Below are positions 55,086-64,000 of a stretch of DNA of 64,000 nt, in pieces (the first letter of the stretch is position 1; each line of letters opens with the position of its first letter). A program made the translations under genes and the position numbers. This DNA comes from an uncultured Bacteroidales bacterium. Its GTDB lineage: Bacteria; Bacteroidota; Bacteroidia; Bacteroidales; VadinHA17. The notes below the pieces were generated by a model, which saw only the letters and a program-made list of their open reading frames with translations, had not been told where the DNA came from and did not search any database. The stretch covers positions 320,223 through 384,222 of the forward strand of contig CAVWCO010000025.1 in assembly GCA_963753495.1 (NCBI GenBank), given 5' to 3'.

Positions 55086-58000
55086 CTATCTCCTTGCCTC
55101 CGATTCAACTTCAGCACTGGCATCAGTGAGACTTTCATACTCTTCGAGCGATCCCACTATAATGCTGTTATATTGACGCTGTCCGGTTCCGGCAGGAATT
55201 AGATGACCCACGATTACGTTTTCTTTCAATCCTTCAAGCTTATCGACCTTTCCAAGTATTGCGGCTTCATTTAGGACCTTTGTAGTCTCCTGGAATGATG
55301 CAGCCGAGAAGAAACTGTTGGTCTGAAGAGCTGCCCTGGTAATACCCTGGAGTACCTGATTTGAAGTTGCTGGTACTGCATCTCTTGCATCAACGATCTT
55401 TAAATCACGGCGTTTCAGAACGGAATTCTCATCCCTGAGCTTACGTGCCGTTACTATCATTCCCGGTCGCATGGTCTGGGAATCGCCGCTTTCCACAATG
55501 TATTTCTTGCCATAGATCCAGTCGTTTTCGTCCATAAACTCAAGCTTATCAACAATTTGGCGTTCAAGGAATTTAGTGTCGCCCGGATCGATAATTTCAA
55601 CTTTTCGCATCATCTGCCGCACGATGGTTTCAAAGTGTTTGTCATTGATCTTCACACCCTGTAACCGGTATACTTCCTGGATCTCATTTACAATATACTC
55701 CTGGACCTTTGTAGGACCCTTGATTGCAAGGATGTCGGAAGGAGTAATAGCTCCATCGGACAAAGGAATCCCAGCTTTTACATAATCATTTTCCTGAACA
55801 AGAATCTGTTTTGAGAGCGGTACAAGGTATTTCTTGATTTCCTCGGTCTTCGACTTTATCGAGATTTCCCTGTTGCCTCTCTTAATTTTACCGAAAGTGA
55901 CCTCACCATCGATCTCGGATACTATTGCAGGGTTGGAAGGATTACGCGCTTCAAACAACTCGGTAACCCTTGGCAGACCTCCGGTGATATCACCCGATTT
56001 CCCTACGGCTCTTGGTATCTTGGCCAGGACCTCACCAGCTTCAACCATCTTATCTGTTTCCATCACAAGGTGCGATCCTACAGGAAGGTTATATAGTCTG
56101 AGCTCATCACCTTTTGGTCCCAATATTTTAATCGCAGGGTTTTTGGTTTTATCCCTGCTTTCTATTATCACCTTTTCCTTAAAGCCTGTCTGTTCGTCAG
56201 ATTCTTCACGGAAAGTAATACCTTCGATGAGATAATCGTATGCCACTTTCCCGGCAAGTTCGGAAATAATCACTGCATTGAACGGATCCCATTCGCAGAT
56301 CAGTTTTCCCTTCTCAACTTCCTGTCCAGGTTTAACATAAAGTTTTGAACCATAAGGAATTGTATGAGTTGTCAGAGCAATTCCTGTTTTCTTGTCTATT
56401 ATTCTAAGCTCGGCAAGACGACCAATAACAATATCAATATTACCTTTCTCAATATCTTTCCTTGGAACCGAACGGATCTCCTCAATCTCGGCAATTCCGC
56501 TGTATCGGGCAACCAGGCGTGATTCAGTCATTATATTCGAAGCGGTACCTCCCACGTGGAATGTACGGAGGGTAAGCTGTGTTCCGGGTTCTCCGATACT
56601 CTGTGCTGCTATGACACCAACTGCTTCACCTTTCTGGACCATACGGCCGGTGGAAAGGTTACGTCCGTAACATTTTGCACATACACCTTTTTTGGATTCG
56701 CAGGTAAGAACCGAACGGATCTCAACGTGTTCTATCGGGGAATCTTCAATTTTCTTAGCCAGTTCCTCAGTCAGCTCCTGTCCGGCCTCCACGATCTGCT
56801 CACCGGTAAGAGGGTGGAAAACATCGTGGACAGTTGTCCGTCCCAGAATCCTTTCATAAAGTGATTCAACAACCTCCTCATTTTTCTTTATAGCCGTGGC
56901 CACCAGACCTCTCAGTGTCCCGCAGTCCTCTTCATTAATAATTACATCCTGTGACACATCTACCAGACGACGGGTAAGATAACCTGCGTCAGCTGTTTTA
57001 AGAGCGGTATCGGCAAGACCTTTACGCGCACCATGAGTTGAAATAAAATACTCCAGAACCGACAGTCCCTCCTTAAAGTTCGAAAGGATCGGGTTTTCAA
57101 TGATCTCGGATCCGGATGAACCTGATTTCTGAGGTTTTGCCATAAGGCCTCTCATTCCTGAAAGCTGGCGGATTTGTTCCTTTGAACCCCTTGCTCCCGA
57201 GTCGAGCATCATATAAACCGAATTGAAACCCTGCTTGTCGTTCGAAAGCTGTTTCATAAGCGATTGTGTCAGCCTTGCATTAACATGTGTCCAGATATCA
57301 ATAATCTGGTTGTATCGTTCATTATTGGTTATGAATCCCATGCTGTAGTTGCTCAGCACTTCTTCAACCTGTTCATAGCCCTCGGTTACGAATTTAGTTT
57401 TTTCCTCAGGTATAATAACATCGTCAAGGTTAAATGACAATCCTCCTTTAAAAGCTGAATAGAATCCAAGGTTCTTTATAGCGTCAAGGAAATCAGCTGT
57501 TTTAGCTGTACCTGCCAGTTTCAGAACGCGGCCGATAATATCCCTGAGTGATTTCTTGGTGAGGATCTCATTAATAAATCCAACCTCATAAGGTACAACC
57601 TGATTAAAGATAACACGCCCTACAGAAGTTTCAACAATATGATTGACCAGTTCTCCATCGACCCTGTCATTTACTTTGACCTTTATTATTGCATGGAGAT
57701 CTACTTTACCTTCATTATAAGCTATATTGACCTCCTCGGGGGAATAAAATACAAGGCCTTCACCTCTTACTTTTTCCGTTGCAGTGCCTTTCCTCCCTTT
57801 GGTAATATAATACAGACCCAGAACCATATCCTGGGAAGGAACGGTTATCGGTGCTCCGTTTGCAGGATTAAGGATATTATGGGATGCCAGCATAAGCATC
57901 TGGGCTTCAAGTATGGCCCCATTTCCAAGCGGAAGATGTACAGCCATCTGGTCGCCGTCGAAGTCGGCGTTAAAAGCCGTACAAACAAGAGGATGCAGCT

Positions 58001-59378
58001 GTATCGCCTTACCTTCTATCAGTTTTGGCTGGAAAGCCTGTATACCAAGCCTGTGAAGTGTAGGAGCACGGTTAAGAAGTACCGGATGACCTTTGAGTAC
58101 GTTTTCAAGAATATCCCAGACAACAGGATCTTTGCGGTCAACTATTTTCTTTGCAGATTTAACTGTCTTTACAATACCGCGTTCAATAAGCTTCCTGATA
58201 ATGAATGGCTTATAGAGTTCAGCAGCCATATCCTTTGGCAAACCGCACTCGTGAAGGCCAAGTTCAGGACCCACAACGATGACAGAACGGGCTGAATAAT
58301 CGACCCTTTTACCAAGAAGATTCTGGCGGAATCTGCCCTGCTTGCCTTTCAGGCTGTCGCTAAGAGACTTAAGAGGACGATTGGCATCCGTCTTTACTGC
58401 ATTTGCTTTTCTCGAGTTGTCGAATAATGAATCGACAGCTTCCTGAAGCATACGTTTTTCATTTCGAAGGATAACTTCGGGAGCTTTGATCTCGATAAGT
58501 CTTTTAAGACGGTTATTCCTGATTATGACCCTTCTGTAAAGGTCATTAAGGTCGCTTGTCGCAAAACGTCCTCCGTCGAGAGGAACAAGTGGCCTTAATT
58601 CGGGCGGTATAACAGGTACAACTTTAATAATCATCCATTCAGGTTTGTTGACATGTTTTGAGTCCCTGAATGCTTCAACGACCTGAAGGCGCTTCAGCGC
58701 TTCATTTTTCCGTTGCTGTGAGGTTTCGGTATTTGCCCTGTGGCGAAGAGTATATGAAAGTTCATCAAGATTGATACGGCTAAGCAGCTTATACAATGCG
58801 TCTGCCCCCATATCGGCTACAAACTTATCGGGGTGATTATCCTCAAGATACTGGTTTTCTTTCGGAAGCGATTCAGTTATTTCAAGGTACTCCTCTTCAG
58901 TAAGGAAATCAAGGTATTTAATCCCGTCGACTGCTTTGACGCCAGGATTTATTACTACATACCTCTCATAATAGATTATCGAATCAAGTTTCTTTGTCGG
59001 AAGTCCCAGAAGATACCCTATCTTATTCGGCAATGAACGGAAATACCAGATATGAGCAATCGGGACTACAAGTGAAATATGTCCCATACGTTCCCGGCGC
59101 ACCTTCTTTTCAGTAACTTCTACACCGCAACGATCGCAGACGATCCCTTTGTAACGGATCCTCTTGTATTTTCCGCAATGACACTCATAGTCCTTTACAG
59201 GTCCAAAAATCCTTTCGCAGAATAATCCATCCCGCTCAGGTTTATAAGTCCTGTAGTTTATTGTCTCAGGTTTAAGCACTTCACCGCTTGAACGATCGAG
59301 GATCTCCTCCGGTGAAGCAAGACCAATCGAGATTTTTGAGTAACTTGTTTTTGTTTTGTTATCTCTTCTGAATGACAT
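55086..59378 (-). CDS. rpoC: DNA-directed RNA polymerase subunit beta-prime.
   Basis: An intact 1430-aa ORF with the NADFDGDQM catalytic motif and zinc-finger cysteines. Confidence 0.97.
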   Translation of the reverse strand: MSFRRDNKTKTSYSKISIGLASPEEILDRSSGEVLKPETINYRTYKPERDGLFCERIFGPVKDYECHCGKYKRIRYKGIVCDRCGVEVTEKKVRRERMGHISLVVPIAHIWYFRSLPNKIGYLLGLPTKKLDSIIYYERYVVINPGVKAVDGIKYLDFLTEEEYLEITESLPKENQYLEDNHPDKFVADMGADALYKLLSRINLDELSYTLRHRANTETSQQRKNEALKRLQVVEAFRDSKHVNKPEWMIIKVVPVIPPELRPLVPLDGGRFATSDLNDLYRRVIIRNNRLKRLIEIKAPEVILRNEKRMLQEAVDSLFDNSRKANAVKTDANRPLKSLSDSLKGKQGRFRQNLLGKRVDYSARSVIVVGPELGLHECGLPKDMAAELYKPFIIRKLIERGIVKTVKSAKKIVDRKDPVVWDILENVLKGHPVLLNRAPTLHRLGIQAFQPKLIEGKAIQLHPLVCTAFNADFDGDQMAVHLPLGNGAILEAQMLMLASHNILNPANGAPITVPSQDMVLGLYYITKGRKGTATEKVRGEGLVFYSPEEVNIAYNEGKVDLHAIIKVKVNDRVDGELVNHIVETSVGRVIFNQVVPYEVGFINEILTKKSLRDIIGRVLKLAGTAKTADFLDAIKNLGFYSAFKGGLSFNLDDVIIPEEKTKFVTEGYEQVEEVLSNYSMGFITNNERYNQIIDIWTHVNARLTQSLMKQLSNDKQGFNSVYMMLDSGARGSKEQIRQLSGMRGLMAKPQKSGSSGSEIIENPILSNFKEGLSVLEYFISTHGARKGLADTALKTADAGYLTRRLVDVSQDVIINEEDCGTLRGLVATAIKKNEEVVESLYERILGRTTVHDVFHPLTGEQIVEAGQELTEELAKKIEDSPIEHVEIRSVLTCESKKGVCAKCYGRNLSTGRMVQKGEAVGVIAAQSIGEPGTQLTLRTFHVGGTASNIMTESRLVARYSGIAEIEEIRSVPRKDIEKGNIDIVIGRLAELRIIDKKTGIALTTHTIPYGSKLYVKPGQEVEKGKLICEWDPFNAVIISELAGKVAYDYLIEGITFREESDEQTGFKEKVIIESRDKTKNPAIKILGPKGDELRLYNLPVGSHLVMETDKMVEAGEVLAKIPRAVGKSGDITGGLPRVTELFEARNPSNPAIVSEIDGEVTFGKIKRGNREISIKSKTEEIKKYLVPLSKQILVQENDYVKAGIPLSDGAITPSDILAIKGPTKVQEYIVNEIQEVYRLQGVKINDKHFETIVRQMMRKVEIIDPGDTKFLERQIVDKLEFMDENDWIYGKKYIVESGDSQTMRPGMIVTARKLRDENSVLKRRDLKIVDARDAVPATSNQVLQGITRAALQTNSFFSAASFQETTKVLNEAAILGKVDKLEGLKENVIVGHLIPAGTGQRQYNSIIVGSLEEYESLTDASAEVESEARR

Positions 59379-59428
59379 ATACTGAATTTTATTTATTCAA
59401 TTATTATAAATAGTAATACTGAGGATGG

Positions 59429-62400
59429 TCAATCAAGAATAACACTTAATCCCAGTCCCCTTAGCTCATGCAGCAAAACGTTCAATGATTCCGGAATACC
59501 GGGTTGAGGCATAGGTTCGCCTTTCACAATTGATTCATATGCTTTTGCACGGCCTATGACATCGTCTGACTTAATGGTGAGTATCTCCTGGAGTATATGT
59601 GCGGCTCCGAATGCTTCGAGCGCCCATACTTCCATTTCACCGAATCGCTGGCCTCCGAACTGTGCCTTCCCGCCAAGCGGCTGCTGTGTAATAAGCGAGT
59701 ATGGTCCGATGGAACGCGCATGCATTTTATCATCAACCATATGTCCCAGTTTAAGCATGTATATAACACCAACCGTTGCAGGCTGGTCGAATCTTTCACC
59801 GGTGCCACCGTCATAAAGGTAGGTTTTACCATATTTCGGTAATTTCGCCTTTTCGGTATATTCGGTTATCTGCTCAATAGTGGCTCCATCGAAGATAGGT
59901 GTTGAGAACTGAAGACCAAGCTTCTGTCCTGCCCATCCCAGAACTGTTTCGTAGATCTGCCCGAGGTTCATCCTTGAAGGCACACCCAGAGGATTGAGAA
60001 CTATATCAACAGGTGTGCCATCCTCAAGGAAAGGCATGTCTTCCTGGCGCACAATTCTTGCGACAATCCCTTTGTTACCATGGCGGCCTGCCATCTTATC
60101 ACCAACTTTTACCTTACGCTTTTTGGCAATATAGACTTTGGCCAGGCGAACAATACCTGCAGGAAGCTCATCACCTATGGTAATATTGTATTTCTTACGT
60201 TTGAAGACGCCATCGATCTCCTTATACTTAATTACATAATTATGAAGCAGCTGCTTTATGCTGTCGTTCTTCTTCTTGTCGGTGGTCCACTTACTGGGAT
60301 TTATATTGAGGAAATCTATCTCCTGAAGCTGTTTCAGGGTGAATTTGCTTCCTTTAGGGATAACATCAACATTCAGATAGTCTTTCACTCCCTGTGAAGT
60401 CTTTCCGTTTACCAGTATAAATAGCTTATCGACCAGTCTTGATTTTAGTTCCTCAGCGCTCTTGTTGAAATCATTTTCGATTTTGTCGAGCAGGGGTTTC
60501 TCAACAGCTTTTGCTTTCCTGTCCTTTATTGCCCTGGTAAACAGTTTCTTATCAATTACCACACCTTCAAGCGAAGGTCCTGCCTTCAGAGAAGCATCCT
60601 TAACATCACCGGCTTTGTCGCCAAAGATCGCACGAAGCAGTTTTTCTTCAGGTGAAGGGTCCGATTCTCCTTTGGGAGTAATTTTTCCTATCAGGATATC
60701 GCCCGGTATAATATGAGCTCCGACCCTTATAAGGCCGTTTTCGTCAAGGTGTTTCGTGGCCTCTTCGCTGACGTTTGGAATATCAGAAGTCAATTCTTCA
60801 AGTCCGCGCTTTGTATCACGTACCTCAAGAAGGTATTCATCAATATGCACTGAAGTGAACATATCCTCCTCAACAACTTTTTCGGATATAACTATCGCAT
60901 CCTCAAAATTGTATCCTTTCCATGGCATGAATGCCACTTTGAGGTTTCTGCCAAGGGCGAGCTCTCCGTTTTTGGTCCCGTAGCCCTCTGTTAAGAACCT
61001 GTCCTTTTGATACTTTTTCACCCTTCTTAACAACCGGAACGAGGTTGATACATGTATTCTGGTTCGTTTTCCTGTATTTTGGAAGGACATACCGTCTTAT
61101 ATCATCATCGAAGCTGACAAATTTCTCTTCATCAGTTCGGGTATAGCGGACAACAATTTCATTTGAATCGACATATTCCACCACACCATCTCCTTCAGCG
61201 GCATAAAGAATCCTGCTGTCTCTTATCACCTGTCCTTCAAGACCGGTACCGACTATTGGGGCCTCCGGATTAATCAGCGGAACAGCCTGACGCATCATGT
61301 TCGATCCCATAAGAGCCCTGTTGGCATCGTCGTGTTCAAGGAAAGGTATCAGTGATGCAGCAATAGAAGCGATCTGGTTCGGGGCAACGTCCATAAGATC
61401 AACTTTTGTTACTTCCTCGAACGGGTAATCAGCCTCATATCTGCATTTTGCCCTTGGATTCTCAAAATTCCCGTCTTTTAGCAGAGGGGCATTTGCCTGG
61501 GCTATCATTTTCTCTTCTTCCTCCTCAGCACTCAGCCATACAATTCCGTCTTCACTGAAATCGACCTTTGCATTGTTAACTTTAAGGTAAGGTGTTTCAA
61601 TAAATCCCAGGTCGTTTATTTTGGCATAAACGCAAAGTGATGAAATAAGACCGATGTTTGGTCCTTCAGGGGTTTCAATCGGGCAAAGCCGTCCATAATG
61701 GGTATAGTGAACGTCCCTGACTTCAAATCCTGCTCTTTCGCGCGACAGACCTCCGGGTCCGAGGGCTGACATACGGCGCTTGTGCGTCATTTCGGCCAGC
61801 GGGTTGGTCTGATCCATAAACTGCGAGAGCTGATTTGTCCCGAAGAATGAATTGATAACAGAAGAGAGTGTTTTTGAATTAATCAGATCAACAGGTGTAA
61901 ACACCTCATTATCCCTTACATTCATTCTTTCCCGGATGGTGCGTGCCATACGTGCCAGGCCGACGCCAAACTGAGCATATAACTGTTCTCCTACTGTACG
62001 TACTCTCCTGTTGCTTAGGTGGTCAATATCGTCGATATCGGTTTTGGAGTTTATAAGCTCAATCAGGTAACCGATAATTTTAATAATATCTTCCTTTGTA
62101 AGGATCTTAACGTTCATCTCGGTATTGAGGCCGAGCTTTTTGTTTATCCTGTAACGGCCCACTTCACCAAGGTCATATCTCTTATCTGAAAAGAAAAGTT
62201 TGTCGATAACATCCCTGGCTGTTGCCTCATCGGGCGGTTCAGCATTGCGAAGCTGCCGATAGATATAGATAACTGCCTCTTTTTCAGAGTTGCACGGATC
62301 TTTCTGAAGTGTATTGTATATTATGGCAAAATCCGAAAGGGTGGAGTCCTCCCTGTGAAGGAGGATTGCTTTTGCACCTGAATCAACTATCATATCGACA

Positions 62401-63239
62401 TGTTCAGATTCGATTACTGTTTCCCTGTCGAGAATTACCTCATTTCTTTCAATTGAGACAACTTCACCGGTATCCTCATCAACAAAGTCCTCAACCCATG
62501 TTTTCAGAACCCTTGCTGCAAGTTTACGGCCAACAAGCTTTTTAATGTTTGTTTTTGATACCTTATGTTCTTCCGCAAGGTTGAAAATTTCGAGGATTTC
62601 CTTGTCACTCTCAAAACCGATAGCCCTTAGCAGTGTTGTTACCGGAAGCTTTTTCTTCCGGTCGATATATGCATACATCACATTATTGATGTCGGTTGCA
62701 AATTCGATCCAGGAACCTTTGAAGGGTATAATCCTGGCTGAATAGAGTTTGGTGCCGTTTGCATGGATGCTTTGTCCGAAGAATACACCGGGAGATCTGT
62801 GCAGCTGAGATACAACAACACGTTCTGCCCCGTTGATTACGAAAGTGCCTCTTTCGGTCATATAAGGCACTGTTCCGAGATATACATCCTGGATGACAGT
62901 ATCAAAATCCTCATGTTCAGGATCGGTGCAATAGAGTTTGAGCTTTGCTTTAAGAGGAACGCTGAATGTCAGTCCGCGTTCAATGCATTCTTCTATTGTA
63001 TAGCGGGGAGGGTCGATATAATAATCGAGAAATTCAAGAACAAAATTATTTCTTGTGTCGGTAATTGGAAAGTTTTCTGTAAAGACCTTAAAGAGTCCTT
63101 CTTTTTTCCTGTTTTCGGGAGTGGTCCCAAGCTGGAAAAATTCTCCGAACGATTTCAACTGAACTTCCAGAAAATCGGGGTAATCAAGCTGATTTTTCCT
63201 GGAAGCAAAACTAATTCTTTCAGTATTTTTTGAGGACAT
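59429..63239 (-). CDS. rpoB: DNA-directed RNA polymerase subunit beta, with a single 1-nt frame break near 60990.
   Basis: ORFs 60903..63239 and 59429..61090 overlap. The sequence ...KGQVL|[16 protein letters not shown]... is restored by removing one nucleotide in cttaacag. Confidence 0.95.
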
Positions 63240-63283
63240 TTATAAAAGGATTAAGTGAACTTATAATATAAAGAACGAAAAGG

Positions 63284-63310
63284 CTTAGTCCCGGATTCCC
63301 GGGACTAAAC
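63284..63310 (-). terminator. Hairpin in the rplL-rpoB intergenic region, attenuator-like.
   Basis: TAGTCCCGGattcCCGGGACTA followed on the transcribed strand by a T-rich tract. It is analogous to the known rplL-rpoB attenuator. Confidence 0.4.
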
Positions 63311-63335
63311 CTACAACCCAGATAACAGGTATAAC

Positions 63336-63713
63336 TTATTTAAGTTCAACTTCAGCTCCTGCTTCTACTAATTGACCTTTAATAGCTTCTGCTTCTTCTT
63401 TTGATACACCTTCCTTAACAGGGCCGGGAGCGGCGTCAACGACTGCTTTAGCTTCTTTCAGTCCAAGTCCGGTGATATCCTTAACCAGTTTAACTATCTG
63501 TAATTTCTGACCGCCAGCTGCTTTCAGGATAACATCAAATGTTGTTTTCTCTTCAACTTTGGGGGCATCGCTACCGGCTGCCGGACCTGCAACAGCTACT
63601 GCAGTTGCAGCGGGTTCAATACCATGCTCTTCTTTAAGTATTTTTGCCAGTTCGTTAACCTCTTTAACAGTCAGGTTTACAAGTTCTTCTGCAAATTTCT
63701 TAAGATCTGCCAT
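63336..63713 (-). CDS. rplL: 50S ribosomal protein L7/L12.
   Basis: An intact 125-aa ORF with an Ala-rich hinge and the C-terminal EAKAVVD...[11 protein letters not shown]. Confidence 0.95.
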   Translation of the reverse strand: MADLKKFAEELVNLTVKEVNELAKILKEEHGIEPAATAVAVAGPAAGSDAPKVEEKTTFDVILKAAGGQKLQIVKLVKDITGLGLKEAKAVVDAAPGPVKEGVSKEEAEAIKGQLVEAGAEVELK

Positions 63714-63745
63714 TTTTATAGAATTTTAATTTGATTATACTTTAA

Positions 63746-64000
63746 TTATTCTTCTTTTTTTGATAGTGTTTCAAGAACACCATGTAATTTATTTCCGCCT
63801 GATTGTAAAGCTGATATAACATTCCTGGCAGGTGACTGAAGCAGGAGAATAATATCTCCGATCAGTTCCTGTTTAGTTTTGACGGAGACAAGTGTGTCAA
63901 GTATATGATTCTCCGACATAAACTGATTCCTGAACGTATGCACCTTTGAAAACAGGCTTATCATGTTGCTTCCTGAACTCCTTTAATGAGTTTGGCAGGA
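63746..64000 (-). CDS. rplJ: 50S ribosomal protein L10, C-terminal part only. It continues beyond the window and has a frame break near 63915.
   Basis: 63746..63964 encodes the L10 C-terminus (…LLQSPARNVISALQSGGNKL…). Upstream, the adjacent frame reads LPNSLKEFRKQHDKPVFKGAYVQESVYVGE. Confidence 0.85.

Noticed and set aside
57639-58295. 218-aa plus-strand ORF and other ORFs of 60-130 aa antisense to rpoC and rpoB (55576-56864, 59554-60983, 62309-63233)
   Set aside because: These are shadow ORFs inside highly conserved, codon-biased genes. Their products are low-complexity and not recognisable.
60985-61000. Possible programmed +1 ribosomal frameshift in rpoB at CTT-A-ACA, by analogy with a Ty1-like CUU slip
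   Set aside because: The 0-frame A-site codon AAC is not a rare or hungry codon. There is no stimulatory structure. A second essential gene, rplJ, has an unrelated break. An assembly indel is far more likely.
1-64000. Mobile elements, tRNA or rRNA genes
   Set aside because: There are no transposase, integrase or recombinase ORFs. There is no GGTTCGAATCC-type T-arm or cloverleaf candidate in the intergenic regions, and no rRNA-like conserved blocks.

Overview
This 64-kb window looks like chromosomal DNA from a Bacteroidota-type anaerobe. That is an inference from gene content and from TAnnTTTG -7 promoter motifs. It carries the conserved rplJ(partial)-rplL-rpoB-rpoC block followed by DUF3467 on the minus strand, with DUF2520, kdsC, a UbiA-family gene and maf adjacent. 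There is a 7TM-DISM sensor kinase, and several glycoside hydrolases and sugar-related genes: GH9, GH29 and a DUF1080/Gfo-Idh-MocA pair.

From left to right:
- **1-4516:** a hydrogenase-related locus. A divergent pair of NuoE-like and NuoF-like electron-transfer subunits sits opposite a thioredoxin-like ferredoxin, a sensory-type [FeFe]-hydrogenase-like protein (degenerate H-cluster motifs, Cx2Cx4Cx16C motif, PAS domain) and a PP2C phosphatase. A Rex-like operator lies between the two arms.
- **4858-10777:** NUDIX hydrolase, membrane metallophosphoesterase, GH9 endoglucanase, YgjP-like hydrolase and a beta-CASP MBL nuclease.
- **10840-20230:** a sugar-acid catabolic cluster with two GntP permeases, a Gfo/Idh/MocA oxidoreductase, a Zn-dependent alcohol dehydrogenase, MOFRL glycerate kinase, an unknown 315-aa protein, fused SpmA/SpmB and KDPG aldolase.
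- **20322-28826:** a minus-strand locus with GH29 fucosidase, a HEAT-repeat plus tandem-DUF1080 lipoprotein, a TAT-secreted Gfo/Idh/MocA, an MFS transporter and a ROK kinase.
- **29071-32812:** malic enzyme and an NfeD-stomatin gene.
- **32898-36215:** a PFL2-family glycyl-radical enzyme with its activase.
- **36924-41088:** M3 peptidase Dcp and a 7TM-DISM histidine kinase.
- **41169-47190:** a Crp-family regulator, an Fe-S protein and a giant double-ASKHA/DUF2229 dehydratase-activase-like gene of the YjiL/YjiM type.
- **47222-51750:** pdxB, a secreted coiled-coil protein and an S46 peptidase.

I found no tRNA, rRNA, CRISPR array, transposase or integrase.

Two things stand out. First, a family of hairpin-forming intergenic repeat elements built from tandem 10-11 bp units with heptamer cores (CACAGAG, CACGGAG, CACAAAG, CGCAAAG). 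There are six loci, one of them a nested compound element. There are also 4x tandem 7-8-mer arrays that abut start codons. Second, a very large number of reading-frame breaks. Roughly 55-60 coding genes are split into adjacent ORFs. The breaks are strongly concentrated in accessory metabolic genes, but they also occur in rpoB and rplJ. So assembly indel errors are certainly present, and genuine pseudogenisation may be layered on top. The two cannot be separated without raw reads.
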